Assembly (NCBI GenBank): GCA_016868955.1
Contig: VGFF01000001.1
Location: forward strand, 1-41,081
Length of the DNA: 41,081 bases
Origin: Armatimonadota bacterium
GTDB taxonomy: Bacteria > Sysuimicrobiota > Sysuimicrobiia > Sysuimicrobiales > VGFF01
Reading direction: 5' to 3'
The notes under the pieces were generated by a model that saw only the letters and a program-made list of their open reading frames with translations, had not been told where the DNA came from and did not search any database. The position numbers and the translations under genes were made by a program. Of this stretch, positions 8,128 to 15,748 are shown one piece after another (the stretch's first letter is position 1; each line of letters opens with the position of its first letter).

Positions 8128-8811
8128 TTGGCGCGCGTTGAGTTCCCAGCCGACGTCGACTATTACGAAATCATGCACGTCCACCTCAAAGCGCACCCAG
8201 CGGTCATCCGCAAGGTCTACCACGTATTGATGCTGGAGCTGAAGAATTACCCCGATCTGGGCGGCGACGTCCGCGCAGCCCAGATGATCCACGAAGCCTA
8301 CGCGGTGTTGTCCGACAACGACAAGCGCGACGAATACGATCGGTTTCGACTACGACAGACCTTTAACGGCGAAACGCCGCCCCAGCGCCTGTCATCCGCT
8401 GGGGCGACTTCGAACGCCGCCTCGGCGGGTGCTGCTCATAGCGGAGCGGCCTCGAGCCCGCCGAAGGGTCCATCTGCTGCGTCATCGCAAGGGCAACAGA
8501 CGGCTCCGAAGCAGGCCACGGTCTCGATGAATCTCCTGCCGGACCTCGAAGACGCGCTCAGCACCTTGTCCGCCTCGGCGCGTCACGCCGCCATTCTGCA
8601 AAGGTCGTGTCGCGTTGCTGGAGAGAGGTCCGCTTCTCAACCGCTTCGGATTCCTGCCGGCCGGCGTGCTGGCCGCGTCCGACCCGAAGGTTTTGTAAGG
8701 GTTCGATCTCCGCGCCTACGTGCAACCCAAGAACGGCGCGCATTTGGCGGCCCTCTCGTACAACGGCATCATCCTCGCGGGGGATTCTCAAGGCCGAACG
8801 AGAAGCCATGA
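8128..8811 (+). CDS. J-domain-like protein with YPD in place of HPD; the reading frame decays after about 8600
   Basis: TTG 8128 has GGAGG 7 nt upstream. The J-domain pattern is YYEIM..IRKVYHVLMLELKNYPDLGGD..AAQMIHEAYAVLSDNDKRDEYDR, where TAC (Tyr) occupies the place of the invariant His. After about residue 155 this frame becomes Arg-rich with low GC3, while the coding signal moves to another frame. Confidence 0.5.
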   Translation: MARVEFPADVDYYEIMHVHLKAHPAVIRKVYHVLMLELKNYPDLGGDVRAAQMIHEAYAVLSDNDKRDEYDRFRLRQTFNGETPPQRLSSAGATSNAASAGAAHSGAASSPPKGPSAASSQGQQTAPKQATVSMNLLPDLEDALSTLSASARHAAILQRSCRVAGERSASQPLRIPAGRRAGRVRPEGFVRVRSPRLRATQERRAFGGPLVQRHHPRGGFSRPNEKP

Positions 8812-9055
8812 AGACCGACGGCCTCATGAAGGGCTTCGTCGAGGGCGATCCGGCGACGGCCTCGACGTCGACCCCGTCGTGCAGTTGATGAACGCCGTCG
8901 AGTTCCTCGATACAGGGGAGCGGCGACGGCGGTCGAAGGCTCTTCGGTTATGGCTTGTCTCGGTCTCGCGTGGCCCCAAGTACAACGGCATCGTGCTCGC
9001 CGGATATCCGTTCTCAGCCGGGCCCGGCGGCCGCCGCGATTGGAGCGGTGCGTGC

Positions 9056-9445
9056 GTGAAGCTCAGTGGATCGGACCTCCGTCATGTGGGTCTCGCGCTC
9101 GCAGCGGTTCTCCTCACGCTCGTCGCCCGGGCGGCCGGCCTCGGGGCGGCGCCGGCATCTGGAGAGTCGACCGTCGTGCGCCTCGTCGCTCGGGAATTTC
9201 TGTACGAGCCGAGATCGGTCGTGGCTCCTCCTCCCGGGGCAATCAAGTTCGTCCTGGAAAATCGGGGCGCCGTCGAGCACGACCTCGTGATCGAGGGGTC
9301 GCGCCGCCGCAAGCATGCCGAGATCCTGCGGATCCTGCCCGGCAAGACGGAGGAGGTCACGGTGATGCTGACACCTGGCGCGTAAGCGCTGATTTGAGCC
9401 GTCCCCGGCCACCGGGAAGCTGGAATGGCTGGAACCCTCCGGGTC
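9056..9445 (+). pseudogene. Cupredoxin-domain protein with a signal anchor, interrupted by in-frame TAA (9383-9385) and TGA (9395-9397)
   Basis: GTG 9056 follows GGAGCGG. A hydrophobic anchor (LALAAVLLTLVA) precedes the cupredoxin fold signature: FVLENRGAVEHDLVI...PGKTEEVTVMLTPGA[TAA]ALI[TGA]AVPGHREAGMAGTLRV. The stops sit exactly where the motif PG-x-Y-x-x-x-C-x-x-PGH-x-x-GM expects Tyr and the Cu-ligand Cys. There is no stop of its own before the aldolase gene. Confidence 0.7.
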
Positions 9446-9490
9446 AGCTCGCCCGAGGCTTTTCTGCACAACACATCTGTCGGAGGTCCA

Positions 9491-10276
9491 TTGATCACGA
9501 ACGCATTGAAGGCGAAACTCGCCCGTGGGGAAGTGGTCGTCGGACATTTCCTGAACTTCTGCGATTCCTCCGTCGCCGAGTTGCTCTCGCGCTACGTCAT
9601 GGACTGGCTTTTGATCGACGCGGAGCACGCACCGGCCGATCTGTTGACGATCGAGAACCATATCCGCGCGATGGCGAATGCGGACGTCGTTCCGCTCGTA
9701 CGCGTCGCGTCCAACGATGCCGCGACGATCAAGCGCGTGCTCGATCGCGGCGCGATGGGTGTGCTCGTTCCGTTGGTCGACGGCGCCGAAGAGGCGCGCG
9801 CCGCCGTCGCCGCGGTAAAGTTTCCCCCGGACGGCATCCGGGGCGTCGCCGGGACCAGGGCATCCGCGTTCGGCGCGGACCTAGAGGCGTACGTGGACAG
9901 CTGGAACCGCGAATCGCTCGTCGCTTGCCAGATCGAGACATCGGACGGCGTCCGCCACGCCGACGCGATCGCGGCGACGCCGGGCGTCGACATCGTGTTC
10001 ATCGGGCCGAACGATCTCAGCGCTACGCTCGGCGTCTTCCGCCAGTTCGACAGCGCGCCGTACCGCGCGTCGATCGACATCGTGCTTGCGGCCGCGCATC
10101 GCCACGGGAAGGCCGCCGGCATCATGACGACCTCGGCGGAGGAAGCGCTCGCGGCCGCCGAGTTCGGGTTCCGATTCATCGCCGCCGGCACGGACGCGCG
10201 GCTTCTGGCGGGTGCGGCCTCAGTGATGTACACGAAGATCCGGGACGGACTCGCAGCGCGTCTGCCCCGCCGCTGA
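9491..10276 (+). CDS. HpcH/HpaI family aldolase (2-keto-3-deoxy-acid aldolase type)
   Basis: The sequence aligns by eye with HpaI: DWLLIDAEHAP, VRV..ND...IKRVLD.GA.GVLVP.V...EEA, KFPPDGIRG, CQIET, GVD.VFIGPNDLSA. TTG 9491 has GGAGG 4 nt upstream. The ORF-track ATG at 9425 lies inside the cupredoxin relic. Confidence 0.85.
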   Translation: MITNALKAKLARGEVVVGHFLNFCDSSVAELLSRYVMDWLLIDAEHAPADLLTIENHIRAMANADVVPLVRVASNDAATIKRVLDRGAMGVLVPLVDGAEEARAAVAAVKFPPDGIRGVAGTRASAFGADLEAYVDSWNRESLVACQIETSDGVRHADAIAATPGVDIVFIGPNDLSATLGVFRQFDSAPYRASIDIVLAAAHRHGKAAGIMTTSAEEALAAAEFGFRFIAAGTDARLLAGAASVMYTKIRDGLAARLPRR

Positions 10277-10281
10277 CGCGG

Positions 10282-10443
10282 ATGGCCGAGGTGCTGCTCG
10301 TCGGCGACGGCCAGACGATCCCTTCGCCGGTGTTGCATCGGCATCAGGAGCACACCGCGACCCTGTCACAGCCGCGCCGCATTGCCTACCGGTGCGGCGT
10401 CCACCCGACGATGCACGGCGAGATCGTCGTCCAACCGCGCTAG
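10282..10443 (+). CDS. 53-aa cupredoxin-like mini-ORF (probable relic)
   Basis: The product is MAEVLLVGDGQTIPSPVLHRHQEHTATLSQPRRIAYRCGVHPTMHGEIVVQPR. It keeps an HT.T element and the C-terminal Y.C..HP.M.G.I.V type-1 copper ligand loop, but is roughly half the length of a cupredoxin fold. Confidence 0.45.
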   Translation: MAEVLLVGDGQTIPSPVLHRHQEHTATLSQPRRIAYRCGVHPTMHGEIVVQPR

Positions 10444-10503
10444 TCGCCTCCCCGACACGCCGCGCGCGGCGGGTCGCGCCGGAACCGCTATGCTACGCTA
10501 CTG

Positions 10504-11103
10504 GTGCGCTCGCCGGCTGTCGTCTCCCGGTACGGGCGCGGAGGAACGGTGGAGTCGTTGATCACGGCCCCCACGCGCCGGCGCTGGCTTCGTGCGGGGG
10601 CCGTTTCCATTGTGATCGCCGCGTTGCTGACCGTGTTCTTCGCGGCCATGCGGCTGCAGCCACCTCACCGGAACCCGCAGCAGGGTCGAACCGCGCCGGT
10701 ATTCTCGCTCTCGTTGTTCGACGGCGGCCGCTTTGATCTCGCGGCGGCCGGCGGACGGGTTGTCCTCGTCAACTTCTGGTCGTCATGGTGCCTGCCGTGC
10801 CGCGACGAGGCGCCGCTTCTCGAGGCCACTTGGCGGGCATATCGGGGGAACGGCCTGGTCGTTGTCGGCGTAAACTTATGGGACGCTGAGCACGAAGCGC
10901 GCGCGTTTCTGCAACGCTACCGAATCTCGTTTCCGGCGGGGTCCGATCCAAAGGGGCGCACGGCGATCGCGTACGGCGTGGCCGGCATCCCGGAGTCGTA
11001 CTTCGTCGAGCGCTCGGGGAGGATCGCCGTGCGTGTACCGGGATCGCTCACCGCCGAGAATGTCGCGACCACCTTGGCGAGCCTGGGGTTTCGCCGGCCG
11101 TGA
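10504..11103 (+). CDS. ccmG: TlpA/ResA/CcmG-type thiol:disulfide oxidoreductase, membrane anchored
   Basis: The sequence VVLVNFWSSWCLPCRDEAP carries a WCxxC site, and there is an N-terminal TM helix. An alternative start is GTG 10549, 4 nt after GGAGG. The stop overlaps the ccmF start (GTGA). Confidence 0.8.
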   Translation: MRSPAVVSRYGRGGTVESLITAPTRRRWLRAGAVSIVIAALLTVFFAAMRLQPPHRNPQQGRTAPVFSLSLFDGGRFDLAAAGGRVVLVNFWSSWCLPCRDEAPLLEATWRAYRGNGLVVVGVNLWDAEHEARAFLQRYRISFPAGSDPKGRTAIAYGVAGIPESYFVERSGRIAVRVPGSLTAENVATTLASLGFRRP

Positions 11104-13262
11104 CGGAGGTTGGTGCGGCGGCCGTCTGGATCGCCCTCGCGGCCTGCGCCTACGCGGCCGTCGTGCTCGCGCTCGGTCTTCGGGCGGATCGGACGCAGTG
11201 GATCGAGAGCGGTCTCAATGTGGCCATGGCACCGTTCTTCCTCCTGATCGTCGCGGTCGCGGCATTGTTGAACGCGCTGCTCACGAACGACTTCTCGCTG
11301 GCGTACGTCGCGCGAAACTCGAGCTCCGAGACGCCGTTGTTATACAAGATCTCGGGCATCTGGGGCGGCCAAGCGGGTTCGCTTTTGTTTTGGAGCTTCC
11401 TGATGAGCGCGTTCGTTTCGCTCGCGATCGCGCGCCATCGCAAGACGGAGCCCCGACTCACGCCGTGGGCGTGCCTGTCGCTCGTCCTCGTCCTGTCATT
11501 CTTCTTGTTCCTGAACGCCTGGCTGGAAAGCCCGTTCCGCAGACTCGCGCTGCCGCCAGCGAATGGGCGCGGTCTCAATCCGCTGCTCGAAGATCCCGGC
11601 ATGATCATCCACCCGCCGATCCTCTATCTTGGATACACGGGCGTCGTCGTGCCGTTTTCCTTCGCGATGGCGGCGCTCATGACGCGCCGACTCGACGCCG
11701 AATGGCTGGCGGCGACGCGACGGTGGTCCTTGTTCGCGTGGGGCGCGCTCGGCATCGGCATCATCCTGGGCGGCTGGTGGGCTTATCGCACCTTGGGGTG
11801 GGGCGGCTACTGGGGCTGGGATCCCGTCGAGAACGCGGCCTTGGTACCCTGGCTGACCGGAACCGCGTACATCCACTCGGCGATCGTGCAGGAAAGGCGC
11901 GGTCAATTCGTGGCGTGGAACATGGCTCTCGTAGTATTGACGTTCTCCACGGCGATGATCGGCACGTTCCTGACCCGCAGCGGTTTGATCGCGTCCGTTC
12001 ACACGTTCGCGCAGTCAGAGATCGGCGCCTACTTCCTCGCGTTCCTCGGTGTGCAGCTGTTGGTGTCGTTCGGGCTCATCGCGCTGCGCTGGGACGATCT
12101 GCGAACGCGCGACGAGCTGGACTCGCTCGCCTCCCGCGAAGGCGCCTTCCTGTTCAACAACGTATTGTTCCTCGGCTTGGCGCTCGCGGTGCTCGTCGGT
12201 ACCGTGTTCCCCATGATCTCGGAGGCGGCGCGGGGCGTGAAGATCTTCGTCGGTCCGCCCTACTTCAACGCGATCACGGGACCGGTTGGCGTCGTGCTGC
12301 TGCTGTTGATGGGTGTGGCGGTCGCGCTTCCCTGGCGCCGCGCGTCACCTGCCGCATTGCGCGCGCTGCGGTGGCCGATCGGACTCGGCCTGATCGTCGG
12401 CGTTGCCGCCGCCGTCGTGCTGCGCGCGCCCGGCGTCGTCGCCGCCCTGACGGTGATCGGCTTCGCGTTCGCGGCGACCCTGGCGGAATATCGTCGCGGC
12501 GCGGCGCGATCAGCGCCCGGTCAGAGGATCAGCACGGGGCTGGTTCGCCTGTTCGCGACGCAACGCCGGCGATACGGCGGCTACCTGGTCCACTTATCGA
12601 TCCTCGTCATGACCGTCGGTATGATCGGTAGTCAGATCTACGTCGTCGAGCGAGAGGTTTCGGTACGGCCGGGCGAATCGTTTTCGATCGGACCGTACTC
12701 GATACGTTACGTCGGCCTGGAACGGGGCGAGGCGCCGAACGCGTCCGCGACATGGGGCGTGCTGCGCGTCGACGACGGCGGTCGAGGTTTCGACCTGCGC
12801 CCGTTGCGGTTGTTCTATCCGAGCTGGCAGCAACCGGTCAGCCGGCCGGCCATTCGATCGACGTTCGGCGACGATGTCTACGCGATCCTCGCGGCGTTCG
12901 AGGCCGACCAACGGGCCGCGTTCCGCGTCTGGGTGAACCCGCTCGTCCGATGGGTCTGGGTCGGTGGTGTCTTGTTCTTCGTCGGCGTTCTCGTCGCCGC
13001 ATGGCCGTCGCGCCGATCCCGGCACGTGAGCGCGCGCACGCAGTGGGCGATCGAAACGTTGCGCGACCTCGAAGCCGATCACGGGGACGGGCGTCTGACC
13101 GCAGCCGACTATCGGCACGCGGCGCCGGCCCTGCAACGCGCCGTTCTTGACGCGCTCGATCGCGGGCGCCCTGCGGATCCGCTCGAGCCGGCTACGGACG
13201 CGACGCGACGAGAGGCTGAGGCGCCGGAGCGAGAACCGTCCGTTGGGGAACGAACGCGATGA
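11100..13262 (+). CDS. ccmF: Cytochrome c-type biogenesis protein CcmF (haem lyase) with a C-terminal soluble extension
   Basis: This is a polytopic membrane protein with the WWD signature WGGYWGWDPVENAALVPWL. The C-terminal roughly 70 aa (LRDLEADHGDGRLTAADYRHA...) resembles the CcmI/CycH N-terminal region. Confidence 0.9.
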   Translation: MTEVGAAAVWIALAACAYAAVVLALGLRADRTQWIESGLNVAMAPFFLLIVAVAALLNALLTNDFSLAYVARNSSSETPLLYKISGIWGGQAGSLLFWSFLMSAFVSLAIARHRKTEPRLTPWACLSLVLVLSFFLFLNAWLESPFRRLALPPANGRGLNPLLEDPGMIIHPPILYLGYTGVVVPFSFAMAALMTRRLDAEWLAATRRWSLFAWGALGIGIILGGWWAYRTLGWGGYWGWDPVENAALVPWLTGTAYIHSAIVQERRGQFVAWNMALVVLTFSTAMIGTFLTRSGLIASVHTFAQSEIGAYFLAFLGVQLLVSFGLIALRWDDLRTRDELDSLASREGAFLFNNVLFLGLALAVLVGTVFPMISEAARGVKIFVGPPYFNAITGPVGVVLLLLMGVAVALPWRRASPAALRALRWPIGLGLIVGVAAAVVLRAPGVVAALTVIGFAFAATLAEYRRGAARSAPGQRISTGLVRLFATQRRRYGGYLVHLSILVMTVGMIGSQIYVVEREVSVRPGESFSIGPYSIRYVGLERGEAPNASATWGVLRVDDGGRGFDLRPLRLFYPSWQQPVSRPAIRSTFGDDVYAILAAFEADQRAAFRVWVNPLVRWVWVGGVLFFVGVLVAAWPSRRSRHVSARTQWAIETLRDLEADHGDGRLTAADYRHAAPALQRAVLDALDRGRPADPLEPATDATRREAEAPEREPSVGERTR

Positions 13263-13717
13263 AGCGCGCCGGCACGCCGATCCTCGTCTTCCTGTTCGTG
13301 CTCCTTACGCTCGGGACGAGATCGGTGCTCGCGCGTGCGATCGACGATCAGATCCGCGACGTAGCGTCGCAGTTGATGTGCCCGGTCTGCGAGGGACGCA
13401 CCGTGGCGGAGTCCAACTCACAGCTGGCGACGCAAATGCGCGACCTCATCCGTCAGCGCCTACTCGCCGGCGATCGGCCGGAGACGATCATTCGATACTT
13501 CGTCGAACGATACGGCGAGTCGGCATTGGCGACACCGCCAACGACGGGACTCGGGGTCTTGATGTGGTTGCTGCCGGCGGCGGGCGTCGCGGCCGGTGTC
13601 GCTTGGGTGCGCGCGCGGGTGCGCGTGGGGACCCCGCGCGCGTGGGAGGATGACGTCGCGCCGCTGAGCCCGGGGGACCTCGAGCGCCTCCGTCGTGGAT
13701 TGGACGAGGCTCGATGA
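13259..13717 (+). CDS. ccmH: Cytochrome c-type biogenesis protein CcmH/NrfF
   Basis: A signal peptide is followed by LMCPVCEGRTVAESNSQLATQMRDLIRQRLLAGDRPETIIRYFVERYGESAL and a C-terminal TM helix. There is an ATGA overlap with ccmF. Confidence 0.85.
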   Translation: MKRAGTPILVFLFVLLTLGTRSVLARAIDDQIRDVASQLMCPVCEGRTVAESNSQLATQMRDLIRQRLLAGDRPETIIRYFVERYGESALATPPTTGLGVLMWLLPAAGVAAGVAWVRARVRVGTPRAWEDDVAPLSPGDLERLRRGLDEAR

Positions 13718-14745
13718 GTTGCCGAGCGAGGCTGTGGATCGCCTTGGCGCTCGTCGCGGGTGTTTTTGGAGTGCCGTTGGCGGCCTCGCAAGGGACGTCC
13801 GCGGTGCCGTCCTCGTCGATGTCGACGGCGGCGCGGGTGGAGGTCTCGGGCCGCGTCTTGCACGCCGACACACGCCGCCCGGTCGCCGGCGTCTCTGTTC
13901 TCGCGTTGCAGATGCGATCGGGCGGTTCGCCGGCGGAAGCGAGCGCGCGCACGGGACCCGATGGACGGTTCCGCTTCCGGCTCGATCCGCAAGGTAATCC
14001 GCCAACGATCTTCCAAGCGATCTATCGCGAGGTCGCCTATACGTCGGGCCCACACCGATTCGGGGACCGGCGTGCGTTCGCGACGGACATCGTCGTCCAT
14101 GAGACAACGGCGGATTCGCGCGGGGTGTTCATCGGCGACCGCGCGATCCTCGTGGAGCAAAACGTGCCCGGCGTGATCGAGGTGCGCGAAGTCGTCGCCC
14201 TGGGTAACGCATCTACGCGCACTTACGTCGGCACGCACGCCGCCCCCGGTGGGGCGCGCACGACGTTTCGCCTTCCGCTCCCGAACGGTGCGGCGCAAGT
14301 CGATATCCGGCAAGGGTTGGCGCCGTCGGGACAAGGCGCCGACGGCGCCGTTCTCGATACGATCCCGGTGACGCCCGGGATTCGCCAAGTCGTCTTGACG
14401 TATCGGCTGCCGGCGACGTCCTCGGAGATCGATGTGCGTTTGACGACAGGGTGGCCGACGCTGGCGCTTCACGTCTTTGCGGCATTGCCGCTGCGCGTGA
14501 CGAGCGAGCACCTTCCGACCCGCGAGGAGCGCCTCGTCGATGGCCGTGCGGTGCAGCGTCTCTCCGGCCGCCACCTCTCGGCGGCGTCGATCGTGATCGT
14601 GCGGTTGTCGGGCGTCGCCGTCCGAAGCATGCCAAACGCAGCCATACCCGCGATCGCGATGATGATCGCCGCGGTCGTGCTCGCGGCGGCATGGCCGTGG
14701 GTTCGGCGTCGGCGGGGCGACGCTTCTGGCTCAGGTCCGGCGTAG
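13714..14745 (+). CDS. Secreted, C-terminally anchored protein with a carboxypeptidase-regulatory-like (Ig-like) N-terminal domain; function unknown
   Basis: A signal peptide (LWIALALVAGVFGVPLAA) is followed by VEVSGRVLHADTRRPVAGVSV...TGPDGRFRFRL and a C-terminal TM helix plus RRRR. There is an ATGA overlap with ccmH. Confidence 0.6.
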   Translation: MSCRARLWIALALVAGVFGVPLAASQGTSAVPSSSMSTAARVEVSGRVLHADTRRPVAGVSVLALQMRSGGSPAEASARTGPDGRFRFRLDPQGNPPTIFQAIYREVAYTSGPHRFGDRRAFATDIVVHETTADSRGVFIGDRAILVEQNVPGVIEVREVVALGNASTRTYVGTHAAPGGARTTFRLPLPNGAAQVDIRQGLAPSGQGADGAVLDTIPVTPGIRQVVLTYRLPATSSEIDVRLTTGWPTLALHVFAALPLRVTSEHLPTREERLVDGRAVQRLSGRHLSAASIVIVRLSGVAVRSMPNAAIPAIAMMIAAVVLAAAWPWVRRRRGDASGSGPA

Positions 14746-15171
14746 ATCGTCGACGACGAGGTCGAGGTCGATGTGCGATTCGCACACGAGGCCGTCTTTC
14801 AGTCGGTTCCGATACAGCGCGCGGTGCTTGAGCAACCGTGCCGTCGGCTGCACATCGAAGAACTTGCCTCGATGCGTGCCGCTGACCTCGAACGCGGCCG
14901 CCATCTCCTCCCCGTGATCCGTGGGATAGGAGAATTGGACGCGGAGATCGGGAAACGCCCTTCGCACTTCCAACACGCGGTTCTTCAGCTCGTGCCGGCC
15001 GGTCGCCAGCACGACCTCCCTCCGGCCGCGCCGCGCGAACAGGTGGTAATCGGGAAAGACGATCTGCTCGACGAGGGATAGATTTCCTTTGCTCCACAGC
15101 CCCTCGACAGCGGTCAACAGGGCGGTGCCGGCGACACGCAACTTCGTTGCCCCACCAATCTGAGCACGCAC
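14731..15171 (-). CDS. SnoaL-like / ester-cyclase family protein
   Basis: The C-terminal 146 aa of ORF 14731..16182 fit the ester-cyclase pattern (FPDYHLF...RRAFPDLRVQF...GEEMAAAFEVSGTHRGKFFDVQPT...). The GTG at 15171 is a tentative start. The rest of that 483-aa ORF is antisense to csoR and copA. Confidence 0.65.
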   Translation of the reverse strand: MRAQIGGATKLRVAGTALLTAVEGLWSKGNLSLVEQIVFPDYHLFARRGRREVVLATGRHELKNRVLEVRRAFPDLRVQFSYPTDHGEEMAAAFEVSGTHRGKFFDVQPTARLLKHRALYRNRLKDGLVCESHIDLDLVVDDLRRT

Positions 15172-15348
15172 CGCGGACTCGTCCCAATCGATGCGGACCT
15201 CGCGAACCTCGCCTCTGAGCTGCGCGCCGTCTTCACCAGATCCGCGCGCCGTAACGACGCCGGCGGCTCGGCCGCGCGGGCCGGTAAGGACCGCCAAGCG
15301 CAGGCCGGCGTCCGCCCGCGGCCTGCGAAGCGTTGTCGCCCTCACGCC

Positions 15349-15407
15349 TTGACCTCGATCGGAACCGGCGCTAGACTCGCTCCATATCCCCTCCCTAAGG
15401 GGAGGGG
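15349..15407 (+). promoter_or_regulatory. csoR-copA promoter and CsoR-type operator
   Basis: TTGACC (15349-15354), a 17-nt spacer and TAGACT (15372-15377) form the promoter. A G/C-tract inverted repeat CCCCTCCCT-A-AGGGGAGGGG lies at 15388-15407, between the -10 and ATG 15418. Confidence 0.5.
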
Positions 15408-15417
15408 GGAGGCAGTC

Positions 15418-15741
15418 ATGGCGCGGACCCCGCTTCCGCTTCTCGAAGCGCCGCAAGACCCGGAGACCCGCCAGCGGGTGGTCACCCGCCTCCGCAGCAT
15501 CGAAGGGCACTTGCGCGGCATCATCCGCATGGTCGAAGAAGACCAGTACTGCATGGACGTCCTCACCCAGACGCACGCGGTCCAGCGCGCCCTCGACAAG
15601 GTAAACGCGCTGCTTTTGGAGCGCCACCTCCATCATTGCGTGACCGCGGCAATTCGATCGGAAGACCAAACGGCGCGTGATCGCGTGATCGCCGAGCTGC
15701 TGGACGTATTCGAAGCCGGCAAGAGCGGCAGGAAAACGTAA
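15418..15741 (+). CDS. csoR: CsoR-family metal-sensing transcriptional repressor
   Basis: The sequence [48 protein letters not shown] carries the C-H-C ligand pattern. Confidence 0.9.
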   Translation: MARTPLPLLEAPQDPETRQRVVTRLRSIEGHLRGIIRMVEEDQYCMDVLTQTHAVQRALDKVNALLLERHLHHCVTAAIRSEDQTARDRVIAELLDVFEAGKSGRKT

Positions 15742-15748
15742 GGTCACC

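Noticed and set aside
9395-9397. The UGA at the cupredoxin Cys ligand, and the UGA at 22853 in the dnaJ-like gene, read as selenocysteine codons
   Set aside because: The idea is tempting because selD in this window is a genuine Sec gene. However, the cupredoxin UGA is preceded by an in-frame TAA 12 nt upstream. The only nearby hairpins (CCCGG-CCA-CCGGG after 9397, and short GC stems after 22855) are no better than expected in GC-rich sequence. It is kept as a check rather than a claim.
8950-10443. A 497-aa plus-strand ORF spanning the cupredoxin relic and the aldolase
   Set aside because: It is extremely Arg/Gly-rich and out of frame with the clearly homologous aldolase. Only its last 53 codons (10282..10443) carry a meaningful cupredoxin-like sequence, and these are reported separately.
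11033-12631. A 532-aa plus-strand ORF, and similar long ORFs at 15835..17097 (+) and 16427..17314 (-)
   Set aside because: These are off-frame or antisense to ccmF and copA, which have unambiguous signatures. The products are Arg-rich.
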